This document shows positions 1 through 9,584 of a DNA stretch of 64,000 bases, in pieces (within the stretch, counting starts at the first letter, position 1; each line of letters opens with the position of its first letter). The notes below the pieces were generated by a model. The model ran no database searches and was not told the origin of the DNA. It saw only the letters and a program-made list of their open reading frames with translations. This stretch comes from Candidatus Phycocordibacter aenigmaticus (lineage in GTDB: Bacteria > Patescibacteriota > Minisyncoccia > Phycocordibacterales > UBA2163). The stretch covers positions 8,746 through 72,745 of the forward strand of contig DCWL01000011.1 in NCBI GenBank assembly GCA_002327585.1. Reading direction: 5' to 3'. A program made the translations under genes and the position numbers.

Positions 1-520
1 TCCTTTGCCATTGCATATTTTGCATATGTCCATCTGAGTTCCCGCTTTTCCACCGCTTCCGCTACAGTTCTTGCACTGCGATACTTTTGTAAGAAGCACT
101 TTTCGCTCTGTGCCGAACACTGCATCTCGGAAAGGTACCTCAAGATCAATTGAAATATCGCGGCCGCGCTTTACTTTCTGCCTTCTTCCGCCAAAGATGT
201 CTCCAAGCCCGCCGAAAATATCTCCTATGTCAAAATCCTGATCAAAGTCTTGTGCTCCTCCAAATCCAAAACCGCCAAAACCGGCTCCTTGCCCGCCACT
301 TTCATTGAATATTCGTCCGTACGCATCATACTCTTGCCGCCTCTTTTCATTTGAGAGCACACTATATGCTTCACTTATTTCTTTGAATTTTGCATCGTCA
401 CCTTGCCCTTTGTCGGGATGGTATTTATGTGCAAGCTTTCTGAACGCTTTTTTTATCTCATCGGCGCTTGCTTTCCTATCTATGCCTAAAATTTGATAGT
501 AGTCTTTGGACATATATTGT
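1..520 (-). CDS. dnaJ: Chaperone DnaJ, N-terminal part (J domain, G/F-rich region, start of CxxCxGxG zinc finger); 3' end lies beyond the window start
   Basis: Reverse-complement translation from the ATG at 520 reads MSKDYYQILGIDRKASADEIKKAFRKLAHKYHPDK ... GFGGFGFGG ... CKNCSGSGG ... CKICNGKG. These are the J-domain HPD motif, Gly/Phe linker and Cys repeats. It lies directly downstream of dnaK. Confidence 0.85.
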
Positions 521-598
521 TTATAGAATAACGAATTATGAATTAAGAATCAAGTATACAAAACAACCAACTTTGGGCTGGCTATTTTGTGATTTTAA

Positions 599-2512
599 TT
601 ATTGATTTTTATCTTTATCATCATCCTTTTTTTCGTCATCTTTCTTTTCCTCCTTGAATTCTGCATCGCGGACTTTCTCTTCTCCCTTTTTCTGATCACT
701 TTGTGCTTGCTGGGCTTTAGCCATTTCTTGACCTATCTTCTGCATTTCTTTTGAGAGTTCTTCTGTTGTATTTTTTATTGTCTGCGTATCTTCACCATCT
801 TTGACTTTCTTAAGCTCATCTATTTTAGTCTGAACTGAAGTTTTAATACCTTCATCTATTTTACCCTCAGCATCTTTAAGAGCTTTCTCTCCCGTATAGA
901 TAATCTGCTCCGCAAGATTTCTTGCATCAACAGCTTCTTTCTTTTTAGCATCCTCACTTTCGTGCACCTGCGCGTCCTTTTTCATCTTCTCAATATCCTC
1001 TTCAGAGAGTCCAGAGCTTGCCTCAATCTTTATAGACTGCTCCTTGCCTGAAGATTTATCTTTTGCTTTTACATTTAAAATTCCGTTTGCGTCAACATCA
1101 AATGAAACTTCAACCTGGGGCATCCCTCTTGGCGCAGGAGGGATGCCATCCAAGATAAATTTTCCTAAAGATTTGTTGTCGGATGCCATTGAGCGTTCGC
1201 CCTGTACGACATGTATCTCAACAGATGTCTGATTATCAGCTGCAGTTGAGAAAGTCTGTGACTTGGATGTAGGAATAGTAGAGTTCTTCTCAATTAACTT
1301 TGTCGCAACAGATCCCAATGTCTCAATACCGAGGGAGAGAGGAATTACATCAAGTAAAAGTACATCTTTAACGTCTCCCTGCATAATCCCCGCTTGAATT
1401 GCGGCGCCGAGCGCCACGACCTCATCTGGATTGATTGATTTGTTCGGCTCCTTGCCGAAAACATTCTTTACGGCATCAACAATTGCAGGCATTCTTGTCT
1501 GTCCGCCGACCAATATGATTTCATTTATGTCACTTGCTTGAAAAGGAGACGCTTCAATCGCTTTTTTTGTAATCTCAATTGAGCGGTCAATATACTCTCT
1601 TGCAAGCTCTTCAAGGGTAGCCCTTGTTATCTTTAAAAGCAGATGTTTTGGTCCTGAAGCATCAGAAGTAACAAAAGGAATATTTATTTCAGTCTCTGCA
1701 GTTGAGGAAAGCTCATGTTTTGCTTTCTCCGCTGCCTCGTCAAGACGCTGAAGTGCCAACGGATCATTTGATATATCAACACCGCTTTGCTTTTTGAACT
1801 CATCGGCAATCCATTTAATTATCTTCTGGTCAATGTCACGGCCTCCCATATGCGAGTCGCCGTCCGTTGATTTAACTTCAATAACATCATCCCCTACCTC
1901 AAGGACTGAGATGTCAAATGTACCACCGCCGAAGTCAAAGACAACGATTTTTTCATCTTTCTTTTTGGAAAATCCATATGCAAGCGCAGCAGCAGTCGGT
2001 TCGTTTATAATTCTCTTTACATCAAGTCCTGCGATTTTGCCGGCATCTTTTGTCGCTTTTCTCTGTGAGTCATTGAAATACGCAGGCACCGTTATAACAG
2101 CTTCAGTAATTTTACCGCCAAGCCGCTCTTCTGCATCGTTCTTGAGCTTCTGCAAAATCATTGCAGAAATCTCTTCAGGCCTGTAGTCTTTGCCGCCGAG
2201 CTTTACAAGCACTCCCCCGTCAGAACCTTTTGAAATATCAAATGGCGCAGTTTTCTCGTCTTTCTTTATTTCCGCATCATCGAATCTGTGTCCTATGTAG
2301 CGCTTGATACCGAAAATAGTATTTTTCGGATTTGTAACCGCCTGCCTTTTCGCCAAAAGTCCCGCGAGGCGCTCGTTTGTCTTTGAAATAGCAACAATAG
2401 ACGGAGTCGTTCTTACCCCTTCCTTGTTTTCAATTATTGTTGGCTCACCTCCCTCAACAATTGCTATTGCCGAGTTTGTCGTGCCTAAATCTATACCTAA
2501 AATTTTACTCAT
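599..2512 (-). CDS. dnaK: Chaperone DnaK (Hsp70)
   Basis: ORF 599..2548 contains GIDLGTTNS and DLGGGTFD, with full-length Hsp70 similarity. The start is most likely the internal [17 protein letters not shown] at 2512, 16 nt after the grpE stop. It has a K/D/E-rich C-terminal tail. Confidence 0.95.
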   Translation of the reverse strand: MSKILGIDLGTTNSAIAIVEGGEPTIIENKEGVRTTPSIVAISKTNERLAGLLAKRQAVTNPKNTIFGIKRYIGHRFDDAEIKKDEKTAPFDISKGSDGGVLVKLGGKDYRPEEISAMILQKLKNDAEERLGGKITEAVITVPAYFNDSQRKATKDAGKIAGLDVKRIINEPTAAALAYGFSKKKDEKIVVFDFGGGTFDISVLEVGDDVIEVKSTDGDSHMGGRDIDQKIIKWIADEFKKQSGVDISNDPLALQRLDEAAEKAKHELSSTAETEINIPFVTSDASGPKHLLLKITRATLEELAREYIDRSIEITKKAIEASPFQASDINEIILVGGQTRMPAIVDAVKNVFGKEPNKSINPDEVVALGAAIQAGIMQGDVKDVLLLDVIPLSLGIETLGSVATKLIEKNSTIPTSKSQTFSTAADNQTSVEIHVVQGERSMASDNKSLGKFILDGIPPAPRGMPQVEVSFDVDANGILNVKAKDKSSGKEQSIKIEASSGLSEEDIEKMKKDAQVHESEDAKKKEAVDARNLAEQIIYTGEKALKDAEGKIDEGIKTSVQTKIDELKKVKDGEDTQTIKNTTEELSKEMQKIGQEMAKAQQAQSDQKKGEEKVRDAEFKEEKKDDEKKDDDKDKNQ

Positions 2513-2528
2513 AATGTTATATAAATTT

Positions 2529-3101
2529 TTAATTTTTAAACTGTCCAACTTTTACTTTTGCCGGTCTGACAATCTTTTTATTCAAAATATATCCTTTCTG
2601 CAAAACTTCAATTACCTTGTGGTCGTCGCCTTTTTTATCTGTAACCACAATTTCAACCGAATCGTGGCAAGCTGGATCAAACTGTTCTCCAGAAGGGTCA
2701 AACTGCTCAAGTCCGTGCTCCCCCAAAGTCTTTAGAAGCTGAGAATGTATATGCTCTACTCCCTTCCTCCAATCTTTGTCCACTTTCCCCCAAGTCTGTT
2801 TGTCGGCAAAAGCCATATCAAAATTATCAATTGAAGAGAGCAAATCAAACATAAGCTCTTCTTTTGCAAATGACATAAGTTCTGCTCTCAACCCCTCTTC
2901 CTTTTTCTTTGCATTTATAAAATCAGCTTTACTTCTCTGCCAGCCATCAAGATACTCCCGTTTTTCCTCAACACATTTCTCGAGCTTTTCACGAAGCTTC
3001 TTTACAGTTATAGTATCGCTAATTATCTCATCTTCAAAAACAACACCATCTTCAATGTTTTTATTATGCTGTCTTTTGTCTTTTTTGTCAACTTTTTTCA
3101 T
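2529..3101 (-). CDS. grpE: Nucleotide exchange factor GrpE
   Basis: 190 aa of GrpE-like sequence sitting in a grpE-dnaK-dnaJ order. Confidence 0.85.
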   Translation of the reverse strand: MKKVDKKDKRQHNKNIEDGVVFEDEIISDTITVKKLREKLEKCVEEKREYLDGWQRSKADFINAKKKEEGLRAELMSFAKEELMFDLLSSIDNFDMAFADKQTWGKVDKDWRKGVEHIHSQLLKTLGEHGLEQFDPSGEQFDPACHDSVEIVVTDKKGDDHKVIEVLQKGYILNKKIVRPAKVKVGQFKN

Positions 3102-3102
3102 T

Positions 3103-3528
3103 TTACCTCTTGCTCCACTGGGCGGCTTTTCGGGCTTTTTTAAGTCCCGGTTTTTTACGCTCTTTTATTCTGGCATCCCGTTTGAGAAAACCGTCTTTTT
3201 TTAGCTTACTTCTAAGTTCTTGGTCGAATAAGATAAGCGCTCTTGCAATACCAAGCGATATTGCATCGGACTGCGCAGATGCTCCCCCACCATTTACATG
3301 AACTGAGACTTTGAATTTCTGGGAAATATTAATTGATTCAAATACTTTTCTTATATTTCTACGCAGTTCATCAATAGGAAAATAATCCTCCAGACTTCTT
3401 TTATTTATTTCAAATGAATATTTATCGCTGGAGAAAATACGCACACGGGCAATGGCGGACTTCCTTCTGCCGATTGCTTCAATGTATCTGCTTGGGGATG
3501 TTTTTTGTTTTGTTTCTACTGTTGACAT
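3103..3528 (-). CDS. rpsI: 30S ribosomal protein S9
   Basis: 141 aa with the conserved S9 arginine/lysine-rich C-terminus ending in ...KAAQWSKR; adjacent to rplM. Confidence 0.9.
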   Translation of the reverse strand: MSTVETKQKTSPSRYIEAIGRRKSAIARVRIFSSDKYSFEINKRSLEDYFPIDELRRNIRKVFESINISQKFKVSVHVNGGGASAQSDAISLGIARALILFDQELRSKLKKDGFLKRDARIKERKKPGLKKARKAAQWSKR

Positions 3529-3529
3529 A

Positions 3530-3877
3530 TTATTCTTCTATAATTAAGTGTTTCATCATTTTTGGCCGCAATTTATTGTCCGAAAGCATGCCATACACCG
3601 CCTTTTTTACCACCTCTCCATATCCTTTTCGTTCAATCAATTTGCCCATCTTCTCTTTTTTCAATCCACTCGGATATCCACTATATCTTGTATACACTTT
3701 GCCTCCTTTTTTGGCATCTGTGATTTGGAGTTTTGAAGCATTTGTAATTTTTACTTCTATCTCAGGTACTCTATTCTTTGTAAAATCTGCGGTATCTTTG
3801 CCCATCAAAAAACTTGCCGCCTTTGAAGCGAGTCTTCCTAATTTTTCTCCTTCTGCATTTATTTCTATTTTTTTCAT
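3530..3877 (-). CDS. rplM: 50S ribosomal protein L13
   Basis: 115 aa with the L13-like motifs GRLAS and RYSGYPSGLK; canonical rplM-rpsI pair. Confidence 0.85.
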   Translation of the reverse strand: MKKIEINAEGEKLGRLASKAASFLMGKDTADFTKNRVPEIEVKITNASKLQITDAKKGGKVYTRYSGYPSGLKKEKMGKLIERKGYGEVVKKAVYGMLSDNKLRPKMMKHLIIEE

Positions 3878-3881
3878 AATC

Positions 3882-4235
3882 CTATTCTACAAATTCTATT
3901 ATTGCCTCTTTAGCCGAATCGTTTTTTCTTGCTCCAAGTTTTGTGATTCTTGTATATCCTCCCTTTCTTTCCTTATATTTTGGAGCAAGTGTATCAAATA
4001 ATTTTGCCGTCGCAACCTTGCTGGCAAGCCGGCTTATTACAAGACGGCGCGACATGAGCGTGTTGACTTTGCCTTTTGAAACTAACTTCTCCACAAACGG
4101 CCTGAGTTCTTTTGCTTTTGCTTCCGTGGTTTTTATCTTGTTTCGCAAAATCAATGAGCGTGCAAGAGAACGCAGAAGTGCTGTTCTCTGCTTTTTGACG
4201 CGTCCCAATTTTCTGTTTTTATTATGATGACGCAT
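3882..4235 (-). CDS. rplQ: 50S ribosomal protein L17
   Basis: 117 aa starting MRHHNKNRKLGR with ...KTTEAKAKELRPFVEKL, a typical L17; it follows rpoA. Confidence 0.9.
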   Translation of the reverse strand: MRHHNKNRKLGRVKKQRTALLRSLARSLILRNKIKTTEAKAKELRPFVEKLVSKGKVNTLMSRRLVISRLASKVATAKLFDTLAPKYKERKGGYTRITKLGARKNDSAKEAIIEFVE

Positions 4236-4238
4236 GAT

Positions 4239-5222
4239 TTATTTAAGAATAATACCGTAATTTCCCAATGCTCTTTTTATCTCCTGAAGACCTTTCTTTC
4301 CAAGCCCTTCGATTTCTAAAATATCTTTCTCTTTCTTCCGCACAAGTCCACCAACCGTCCTTATATTTGCATTCGTCAGCGCATTAATATTCCGCGCCGA
4401 AAGGTTAAGCGATTCGATTCTCGTTTTTAAAAATTCTGTGTCTATCTCTTCCGCCTTCGCCTTGGCTTCGGCGGACAAGTCCTCTTTTATTTCCTCCTCT
4501 TCTTCTTTTGTCTCTTTTTCTATTTCTTCTTCTTTGAAACCAACTATCGCCTTGAGTTGATTTATCATAATCTCTATTGATTTCTCAAGCGCCTCGTGCG
4601 CTGTTATAGTGCCGTCTGTTTCAATAAACAAACGCAGTCTGTTGAAGTCCGTTCTGTCGCCGACACGCATGTTCTCAACCTCATAGTTTACCTTTCTTAT
4701 TGGAGTGAAAATCGCATCCAACGCTACAGTTCCCATATCAACTTTATCTTTCTGAAGCACCTCCTTTGACACATATCCGAGTCCCCGCTCAACTATCATT
4801 TCAATTGAAAGTTCCGCCTTTTTGTCTGTAATCTCGGCTATATATTGATCAGAGTTGAGAATCTTGACCTGAGAAGGCATCTTTATATCTGCTGCCGTCA
4901 CCGATTTCTCTCCTTCTGCGCTGAGAGTTACGGTTTGAGGTTCGTCAGTCAACATCTGGATTCTCACTTTCTTGAGATTAAGAAGTATAGTAACAACATC
5001 CTCTTTGATGCCATCTATTGTAGAGAACTCATGAGCAACGCCTTCTATCTTAACTGATGTTATAGCGGCACCCGGCAGGGAAGAGAGAATAATCCTTCTT
5101 AGAGAATTGCCCAGTGTATGCCCGTAGCCTGGATAAAGACTATCAATTTCATATGTGCCCTTGAACTCCTCTTCCGAGACAATTCTCGGCTTGGATGGAA
5201 GTGATACATTGTATTCTGACAT
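4239..5222 (-). CDS. rpoA: DNA-directed RNA polymerase subunit alpha
   Basis: 327 aa with an RpoA N-terminal domain (GYGHTLGNSLRRILLSS) and a C-terminal domain; sits in rpsD-rpoA-rplQ context. Confidence 0.9.
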   Translation of the reverse strand: MSEYNVSLPSKPRIVSEEEFKGTYEIDSLYPGYGHTLGNSLRRIILSSLPGAAITSVKIEGVAHEFSTIDGIKEDVVTILLNLKKVRIQMLTDEPQTVTLSAEGEKSVTAADIKMPSQVKILNSDQYIAEITDKKAELSIEMIVERGLGYVSKEVLQKDKVDMGTVALDAIFTPIRKVNYEVENMRVGDRTDFNRLRLFIETDGTITAHEALEKSIEIMINQLKAIVGFKEEEIEKETKEEEEEIKEDLSAEAKAKAEEIDTEFLKTRIESLNLSARNINALTNANIRTVGGLVRKKEKDILEIEGLGKKGLQEIKRALGNYGIILK

Positions 5223-5278
5223 AGTAATAAATTAATTAGTTTATAAAATTTATAATTTGGAAATTTAAAATTACTTGA

Positions 5279-5896
5279 TTATCTGCTATAAAACTCAAGT
5301 ACGGAACCTACATCAAACATAAGCTCTGTGATTTCTTGAGATGGCTTGCCTTTTATCTCCCCCTCTAAACTTTTATTATTGAAAGAAGCCCATGCAGGAG
5401 ATTTATGGTCTTTGAGCTGTTCCTGTATGTTTAAAAACAAATTGCTTGTTCTGCTGCCCTTCCTCACACTTATTTTCGCGCCCTTTGATACTTTGTATGA
5501 TGGTATTGTCACTTTTCTTCCATCCACGGTTATGTGCCCATGCGAAACCATCTGTCGTGCCATCTGCCTTGAGCGGGCAAGACCGAATCTGTACACAACA
5601 TTATCAAGGCGGGACTCAAGATTTTCAATCAGTTGCACGACGGGCTTTGCATTCTTTTTAGCAACCGCTTCTTTGACATACCGGGACAATTGCTTTTCAG
5701 CGATGCCGTATGTGTATCTTACTTTCTGCTTTTCAAGAAGTTGGCGTCCATAGTCGGACATTTGTCTTGGGCGTGCACCAATCCTCCTCTTTTTTTTGGC
5801 CTTCTCTTCCGCAAGAGCAAATTTATGCGTCTGACATTTATCAAAGACGCCGCTTCCCAATCTTTTACATATTTTATATTTTGGACCAATTCGCAT
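5279..5896 (-). CDS. rpsD: 30S ribosomal protein S4
   Basis: 205 aa starting MRIGPKYKICKRLG, with an S4 domain. Confidence 0.9.
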   Translation of the reverse strand: MRIGPKYKICKRLGSGVFDKCQTHKFALAEEKAKKKRRIGARPRQMSDYGRQLLEKQKVRYTYGIAEKQLSRYVKEAVAKKNAKPVVQLIENLESRLDNVVYRFGLARSRQMARQMVSHGHITVDGRKVTIPSYKVSKGAKISVRKGSRTSNLFLNIQEQLKDHKSPAWASFNNKSLEGEIKGKPSQEITELMFDVGSVLEFYSR

Positions 5897-5935
5897 AATA
5901 AATTATTTTTTATTCCTGATTCCTAAATTCCGTGC

Positions 5936-6370
5936 CTAAACCCTACGGGGTTTAGGTGGCCTTGGACCATTGTGTGGAACAGGAGTCGTGTCTTTTATTG
6001 AAGAAACCTGAATGCCCTTTGCCGTAAAGCCGCGAAGAGCGGATTCTCTTCCTCCGCCAACACCCTTGATTACGACACTCACATCTTTTACTCCTATCAT
6101 TGACGCTTTCTCCCCTAAAAGCTCCCCAACCTTTGCCGCAGCAAAAGGTGTTCCTTTTTTTGCTCCCTTAAAACCAAGTGAACCGCTTGAAGACCACATA
6201 ACAGAACCGCCTTTTTTGTCTGTCAGTATAAGTTTTGTATTGTTGTAAGTCGCCTGAATATGAAGTACGCCTGTGTCCAGCTTCCTTTTAGGTACACGCG
6301 CAAGAGAGCGGGACTGGAGTCCTTTGTCTGCTTCGCCTCCTGCTTTTTTTATAACTCTCTTTTTTCCCAT
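5936..6370 (-). CDS. rpsK: 30S ribosomal protein S11
   Basis: 144 aa whose C-terminus ...PHNGPRPPKPRRV is diagnostic of S11. Confidence 0.9.
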   Translation of the reverse strand: MGKKRVIKKAGGEADKGLQSRSLARVPKRKLDTGVLHIQATYNNTKLILTDKKGGSVMWSSSGSLGFKGAKKGTPFAAAKVGELLGEKASMIGVKDVSVVIKGVGGGRESALRGFTAKGIQVSSIKDTTPVPHNGPRPPKPRRV

Positions 6371-6375
6371 TTATT

Positions 6376-6753
6376 TTAAGTTTTCTCAAGTTTCTTCCTT
6401 CCCGAGCCCATAGTCTTCTTTACACCTTTGAGAGTTCTTGCATTCGTCTTTGTCCTCTGGCCTCTTGCCGGAAGTCTTTTTGTATGCCGAGAACCCCTGT
6501 ATGATTTGATATCTTTCAATCGTTTAATATTTCCTGACACTTCTCTTCGCAACTCTCCTTCAATTTTCTCCCCCTCGATTAATTTTCTTATTGAGTTTTC
6601 TTCTTCGGAAGATAGCTCGGAAGGTCGTTTGCCCTTGTCGATATTTGCACCGTCAAGAAGTGTTCTTGATTTGGAAATGCCAACACCATACACGGCTGTT
6701 AGTCCGTACTCTATTCTTTTTTTGTCCGGTATTGTTACTCCTGATATACGCAT
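6376..6753 (-). CDS. rpsM: 30S ribosomal protein S13
   Basis: 125 aa starting MRISGVTIP with ...YRGSRHTKRLPARGQRTKTNART, a typical S13. Confidence 0.9.
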   Translation of the reverse strand: MRISGVTIPDKKRIEYGLTAVYGVGISKSRTLLDGANIDKGKRPSELSSEEENSIRKLIEGEKIEGELRREVSGNIKRLKDIKSYRGSRHTKRLPARGQRTKTNARTLKGVKKTMGSGRKKLEKT

Positions 6754-6785
6754 ACACTTTAAAAAATGATAATTAAAAATTATTA

Positions 6786-6899
6786 TTACCCTTGCCTCTG
6801 TTTATGGCGCGGGTTCTTACAAATTACACAAATTCTTCTTTTCCTTCTTACAATCTTACATTCTGCACATATTTTTTTTACGGATGCTTTTATCTTCAT
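6786..6899 (-). CDS. rpmJ: 50S ribosomal protein L36
   Basis: The ORF is below the 60-aa threshold of the supplied track. Manual reverse-complement translation gives [37 protein letters not shown], the L36 zinc-ribbon consensus. It lies between infA and rpsM, as in many bacteria. Confidence 0.8.
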   Translation of the reverse strand: MKIKASVKKICAECKIVRRKRRICVICKNPRHKQRQG

Positions 6900-6902
6900 T
6901 TC

Positions 6903-7121
6903 CTATAATCGCTTAATAATTCTCCCCTTTCCTCCATAAGGATCAATTGCAACAATCACTTTATCCCCAACAAGAACCTTTATCTTAAATTTACGCATCT
7001 TCCCTGAAAGATACGCGATGATTTTTTCGTCATTTGAAAGATTTACCCGGAATAGCGTATTTGGCAGTGTCTCGTCCACCACACCGGTCATTTCTTCTGG
7101 TGTTTCTTGTTTATTTTCCAT
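6903..7121 (-). CDS. infA: Translation initiation factor IF-1
   Basis: 72 aa with an S1-like OB fold and the IF-1 motifs GKMRKFKIKVLVGDKV and DPYGGKGRII. Confidence 0.9.
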   Translation of the reverse strand: MENKQETPEEMTGVVDETLPNTLFRVNLSNDEKIIAYLSGKMRKFKIKVLVGDKVIVAIDPYGGKGRIIKRL

Positions 7122-7235
7122 TTACGGCTTCTCGTAGAATTTTCACATAGTACCAAAATAGTGAGTATAAAGTCAAGTATTGTGCACAATTTAGCCCATA
7201 GTATAAGGATTTAGCAAGTATCCACATTTTCAATG

Positions 7236-7263
7236 TTGACAAAGTCATATTTTTTGTTATACT
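7236..7263 (+). promoter_or_regulatory. Near-consensus sigma70-type promoter: TTGACA, 16 nt spacer, TGtTATACT (extended -10)
   Basis: Read directly: TTGACA at 7236-7241, TATACT at 7258-7263, preceded by TGt. The RBS AAGGAGA and the ATG at 7302 follow. Confidence 0.5.
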
Positions 7264-7301
7264 GTAAAAAATAGACTTCATAGGTTTTTAAGGAGACAGT
7301 A

Positions 7302-7598
7302 ATGATAGATACGGAAAAATTGAAGGAAAAAATAGCAAATGTAGAAAGTCAACGTAATTGTTCTTTAGATCTTGAGAGTACCAAAAAACTTATTATAAAG
7401 GTTCAAAGAGAATATGAGTCCGGTGTACAAAAAAAGTTGGGATTCAAAAATCTTGTTGAGAAATGTGCGGAAGCCTTTGAGTTGAATTACAATTACTGCA
7501 GAGTCGCTTTCTCATATCTAAGTAGTAGAAATAAAAAAGAGAATGTTCAGAAAAATAAAAGTACTGAACATCTACAATATCATCTGGCTTTTAAATAG
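7302..7598 (+). CDS. Hypothetical protein, 98 aa
   Basis: ORF with a strong promoter and a Shine-Dalgarno (AAGGAGAcagtaATG). No recognisable family. It is diverged from infA and converges on mpg. Confidence 0.5.
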   Translation: MIDTEKLKEKIANVESQRNCSLDLESTKKLIIKVQREYESGVQKKLGFKNLVEKCAEAFELNYNYCRVAFSYLSSRNKKENVQKNKSTEHLQYHLAFK

Positions 7599-8127
7599 CC
7601 AGATGATTATTTTTTACCAAAACAAAACGATACGGCTTTTTAGTATATTTGCCGGCATAGCCAACTCCGATCCTCGGAGTTTTTTTAATTTCATCTTTTT
7701 TAATTTTTATTCCTCTGTCTTCAATCCAAAGTCCTGTTTTCTTATCTGCTTTCTTCTTATTAAATTTTCTGTCAATTCTAAGCGTCTTTGTAAGCTTCCC
7801 CGGTCCGTTTATTCCATCAACACCCCGTATCAAAACTGCCGCAGGATAATCTTTTTTACCTATAACGATATTGAGCATATTGTACATTCCGTATACAAAA
7901 TATACATACCAATATCCGGCCTGCCCGAACATCACTTCATTTCGCATCGTTCTCCCGCGATGCGCGTGGGATGCTTTGTCTTTAAATCCATCATACGCTT
8001 CAACTTCTGTTATCATATATGCTCTCTCTTTTCCTCTACTTTTCTTAACGAGAAATTTACCAAGCAGTCTTTCAGCAACACTAAGCGACGATCTCTCAAA
8101 AAATACTTTATTTAATACTTTTCTCAT
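7591..8127 (-). CDS. mpg: DNA-3-methyladenine glycosylase (Mpg/AAG family)
   Basis: 178 aa with Mpg/AAG hallmarks: LLGKFLV, EVEAYDG, ASHAHRGRTMRNEVMFG and YWYVYFVYGMYNMLNIV. Confidence 0.8.
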   Translation of the reverse strand: MRKVLNKVFFERSSLSVAERLLGKFLVKKSRGKERAYMITEVEAYDGFKDKASHAHRGRTMRNEVMFGQAGYWYVYFVYGMYNMLNIVIGKKDYPAAVLIRGVDGINGPGKLTKTLRIDRKFNKKKADKKTGLWIEDRGIKIKKDEIKKTPRIGVGYAGKYTKKPYRFVLVKNNHLAI

Positions 8128-8154
8128 AATGTAGATAAAAAAAGCAACCGTATT

Positions 8155-8400
8155 TTATTTATACGGTCGCTTTGGCCAAAGAACTTTTAGAGTAACTTTG
8201 GTAAATCCCTTTTCGGGAGAACATTTTGGACATTTCTTGCCAAACTTGACCGCTCCACCAAAAGCACCATCGTTTATTTTTTTTTGTAATTTTTTCCATT
8301 TATCTTTAACAATAAATTTCTTGAAAGTGCGTACTGTAACCAGATATTCTCCGCATTTTGAACAAGAAAAGAAATATTTTACAGTCAAATAAACCACCAC
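8155..8400 (-). CDS. Small zinc-ribbon protein (two CxxC pairs)
   Basis: 81 aa with CSKCGEY ... CPKCSP. It starts at a GTG/TTG, so the start is uncertain. No assigned family. Confidence 0.45.
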   Translation of the reverse strand: MVVYLTVKYFFSCSKCGEYLVTVRTFKKFIVKDKWKKLQKKINDGAFGGAVKFGKKCPKCSPEKGFTKVTLKVLWPKRPYK

Positions 8401-8630
8401 CTTTCATTAAAATTAAAGCAGGGAGTGATGTTTAATGCACTCCCCACAGCTGTAAGGATTCATAGTTACACGTGTTAATTATACACTAGAATAATTATTT
8501 CGTCAAGAATAATTAAAGCCGTTTGAACAAGTGACCCCACAGCGTGGCTTTCAGAACTTGTGTGTCAGAGAGAACATATTGTTAGTTCCATTCAAAATCT
8601 AGAAATGGTGATGGCATGATTCCAGGTTTT

Positions 8631-8738
8631 TCATAGAAACAATTTATATAAAGCAGAACCTACCAAAAATATGCCGACAACTACAAACCCAAGTGGTCTG
8701 ATATACCTATTGATAGTGTAATCTTTCTTTTCTGACAT
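8631..8738 (-). CDS. Possible 35-aa membrane peptide
   Basis: Manual translation gives MSEKKDYTINRYIRPLGFVVVGIFLVGSALYKLFL. It is below the ORF-track threshold and speculative. Confidence 0.2.
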   Translation of the reverse strand: MSEKKDYTINRYIRPLGFVVVGIFLVGSALYKLFL

Positions 8739-8787
8739 TAATCCACTTTTATCTTCCCACAATATTCTAAACATTTTTTTTATGAAA

Positions 8788-9297
8788 CTAGACTTCCTTG
8801 AATTCGCAAAGTTCTCCGTCTATAAGACCAATCATTGTGAAATGGATGAAAAATACTTTCCAATTTGGGCCATTAGCCATAACAACTGATTTGTCGTTTA
8901 TATATTTCTCTCCACGGTATTTGCCATTACTTTCTGAGTTGTATGTTATTTTCAGCCAGGCAGTGCCTCCGTATTTGTTACGGTATTCCATTGATGATTC
9001 AACACCATTTTGTTTGAACGTCTTGAAGTCAGGGTCATAACAAGCGCTGCCCATCACTCTTACACCACCTCTATTTGTAAAGCTGGAAAATAGCACATTG
9101 AGCGGAAAGACATTTAACTCTGGCTTTCCCTCAATCTCAAGTGGCTTTGGGATAAAAGAATACAATGTTCCTCGGTTCACTGCCCCATTTGCTTTTTGTT
9201 TGTCTATATTCATAATGTAAAACGCTCTTCTTGGGAGAAGAGCGTAGTTTAAAATAAAACCGACCTTTATCTCTCCCGTTAGGGTTGGATTTAGCAC
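8788..9297 (-). CDS. Hypothetical protein, 141-169 aa
   Basis: The ORF starts at a GTG at 9297 with an overlapping purine tract. An alternative ATG at 9213 (MNIDKQKANG...) is also possible. No recognisable domain. Downstream of tRNA-Glu. Confidence 0.5.
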   Translation of the reverse strand: MLNPTLTGEIKVGFILNYALLPRRAFYIMNIDKQKANGAVNRGTLYSFIPKPLEIEGKPELNVFPLNVLFSSFTNRGGVRVMGSACYDPDFKTFKQNGVESSMEYRNKYGGTAWLKITYNSESNGKYRGEKYINDKSVVMANGPNWKVFFIHFTMIGLIDGELCEFKEV

Positions 9298-9584
9298 CTT
9301 CTTGAAACAGCCAGTTTCAAGGGTTGCCTACGGGTCATAGAGCCAAATCTCTCACCGCATCTTGATAAACCATATTCAATTGTCGTCCTTATTGTTTACA
9401 ACAAGGACTTCATCTCGATGGTTTCTAACCCTTAACCGAATTGTGTAAAGTGCCCATAATGAAGAATCTAATAATTTTACATCGGAGACCAGACTATTTA
9501 TTTTTTCGGGGGGGATTTTTTTAAAAATTGAATGGGCGGAAACGGGACGAGGGCGGAGCGACGCGCGGAAAAAAAAGTTCTAAA

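Noticed and set aside
305-5926. Numerous 60-200 aa ORFs in the six-frame track lying antisense or out of frame within dnaJ, dnaK, grpE, rpoA, rpsD and others (e.g. 1794..2186 +, 2304..2735 +, 5346..5753 +)
   Set aside because: They are shadow ORFs embedded in well-supported conserved genes. They are low-complexity or hydrophobic because of AT-rich antisense codons, and they have no independent RBS or promoter.
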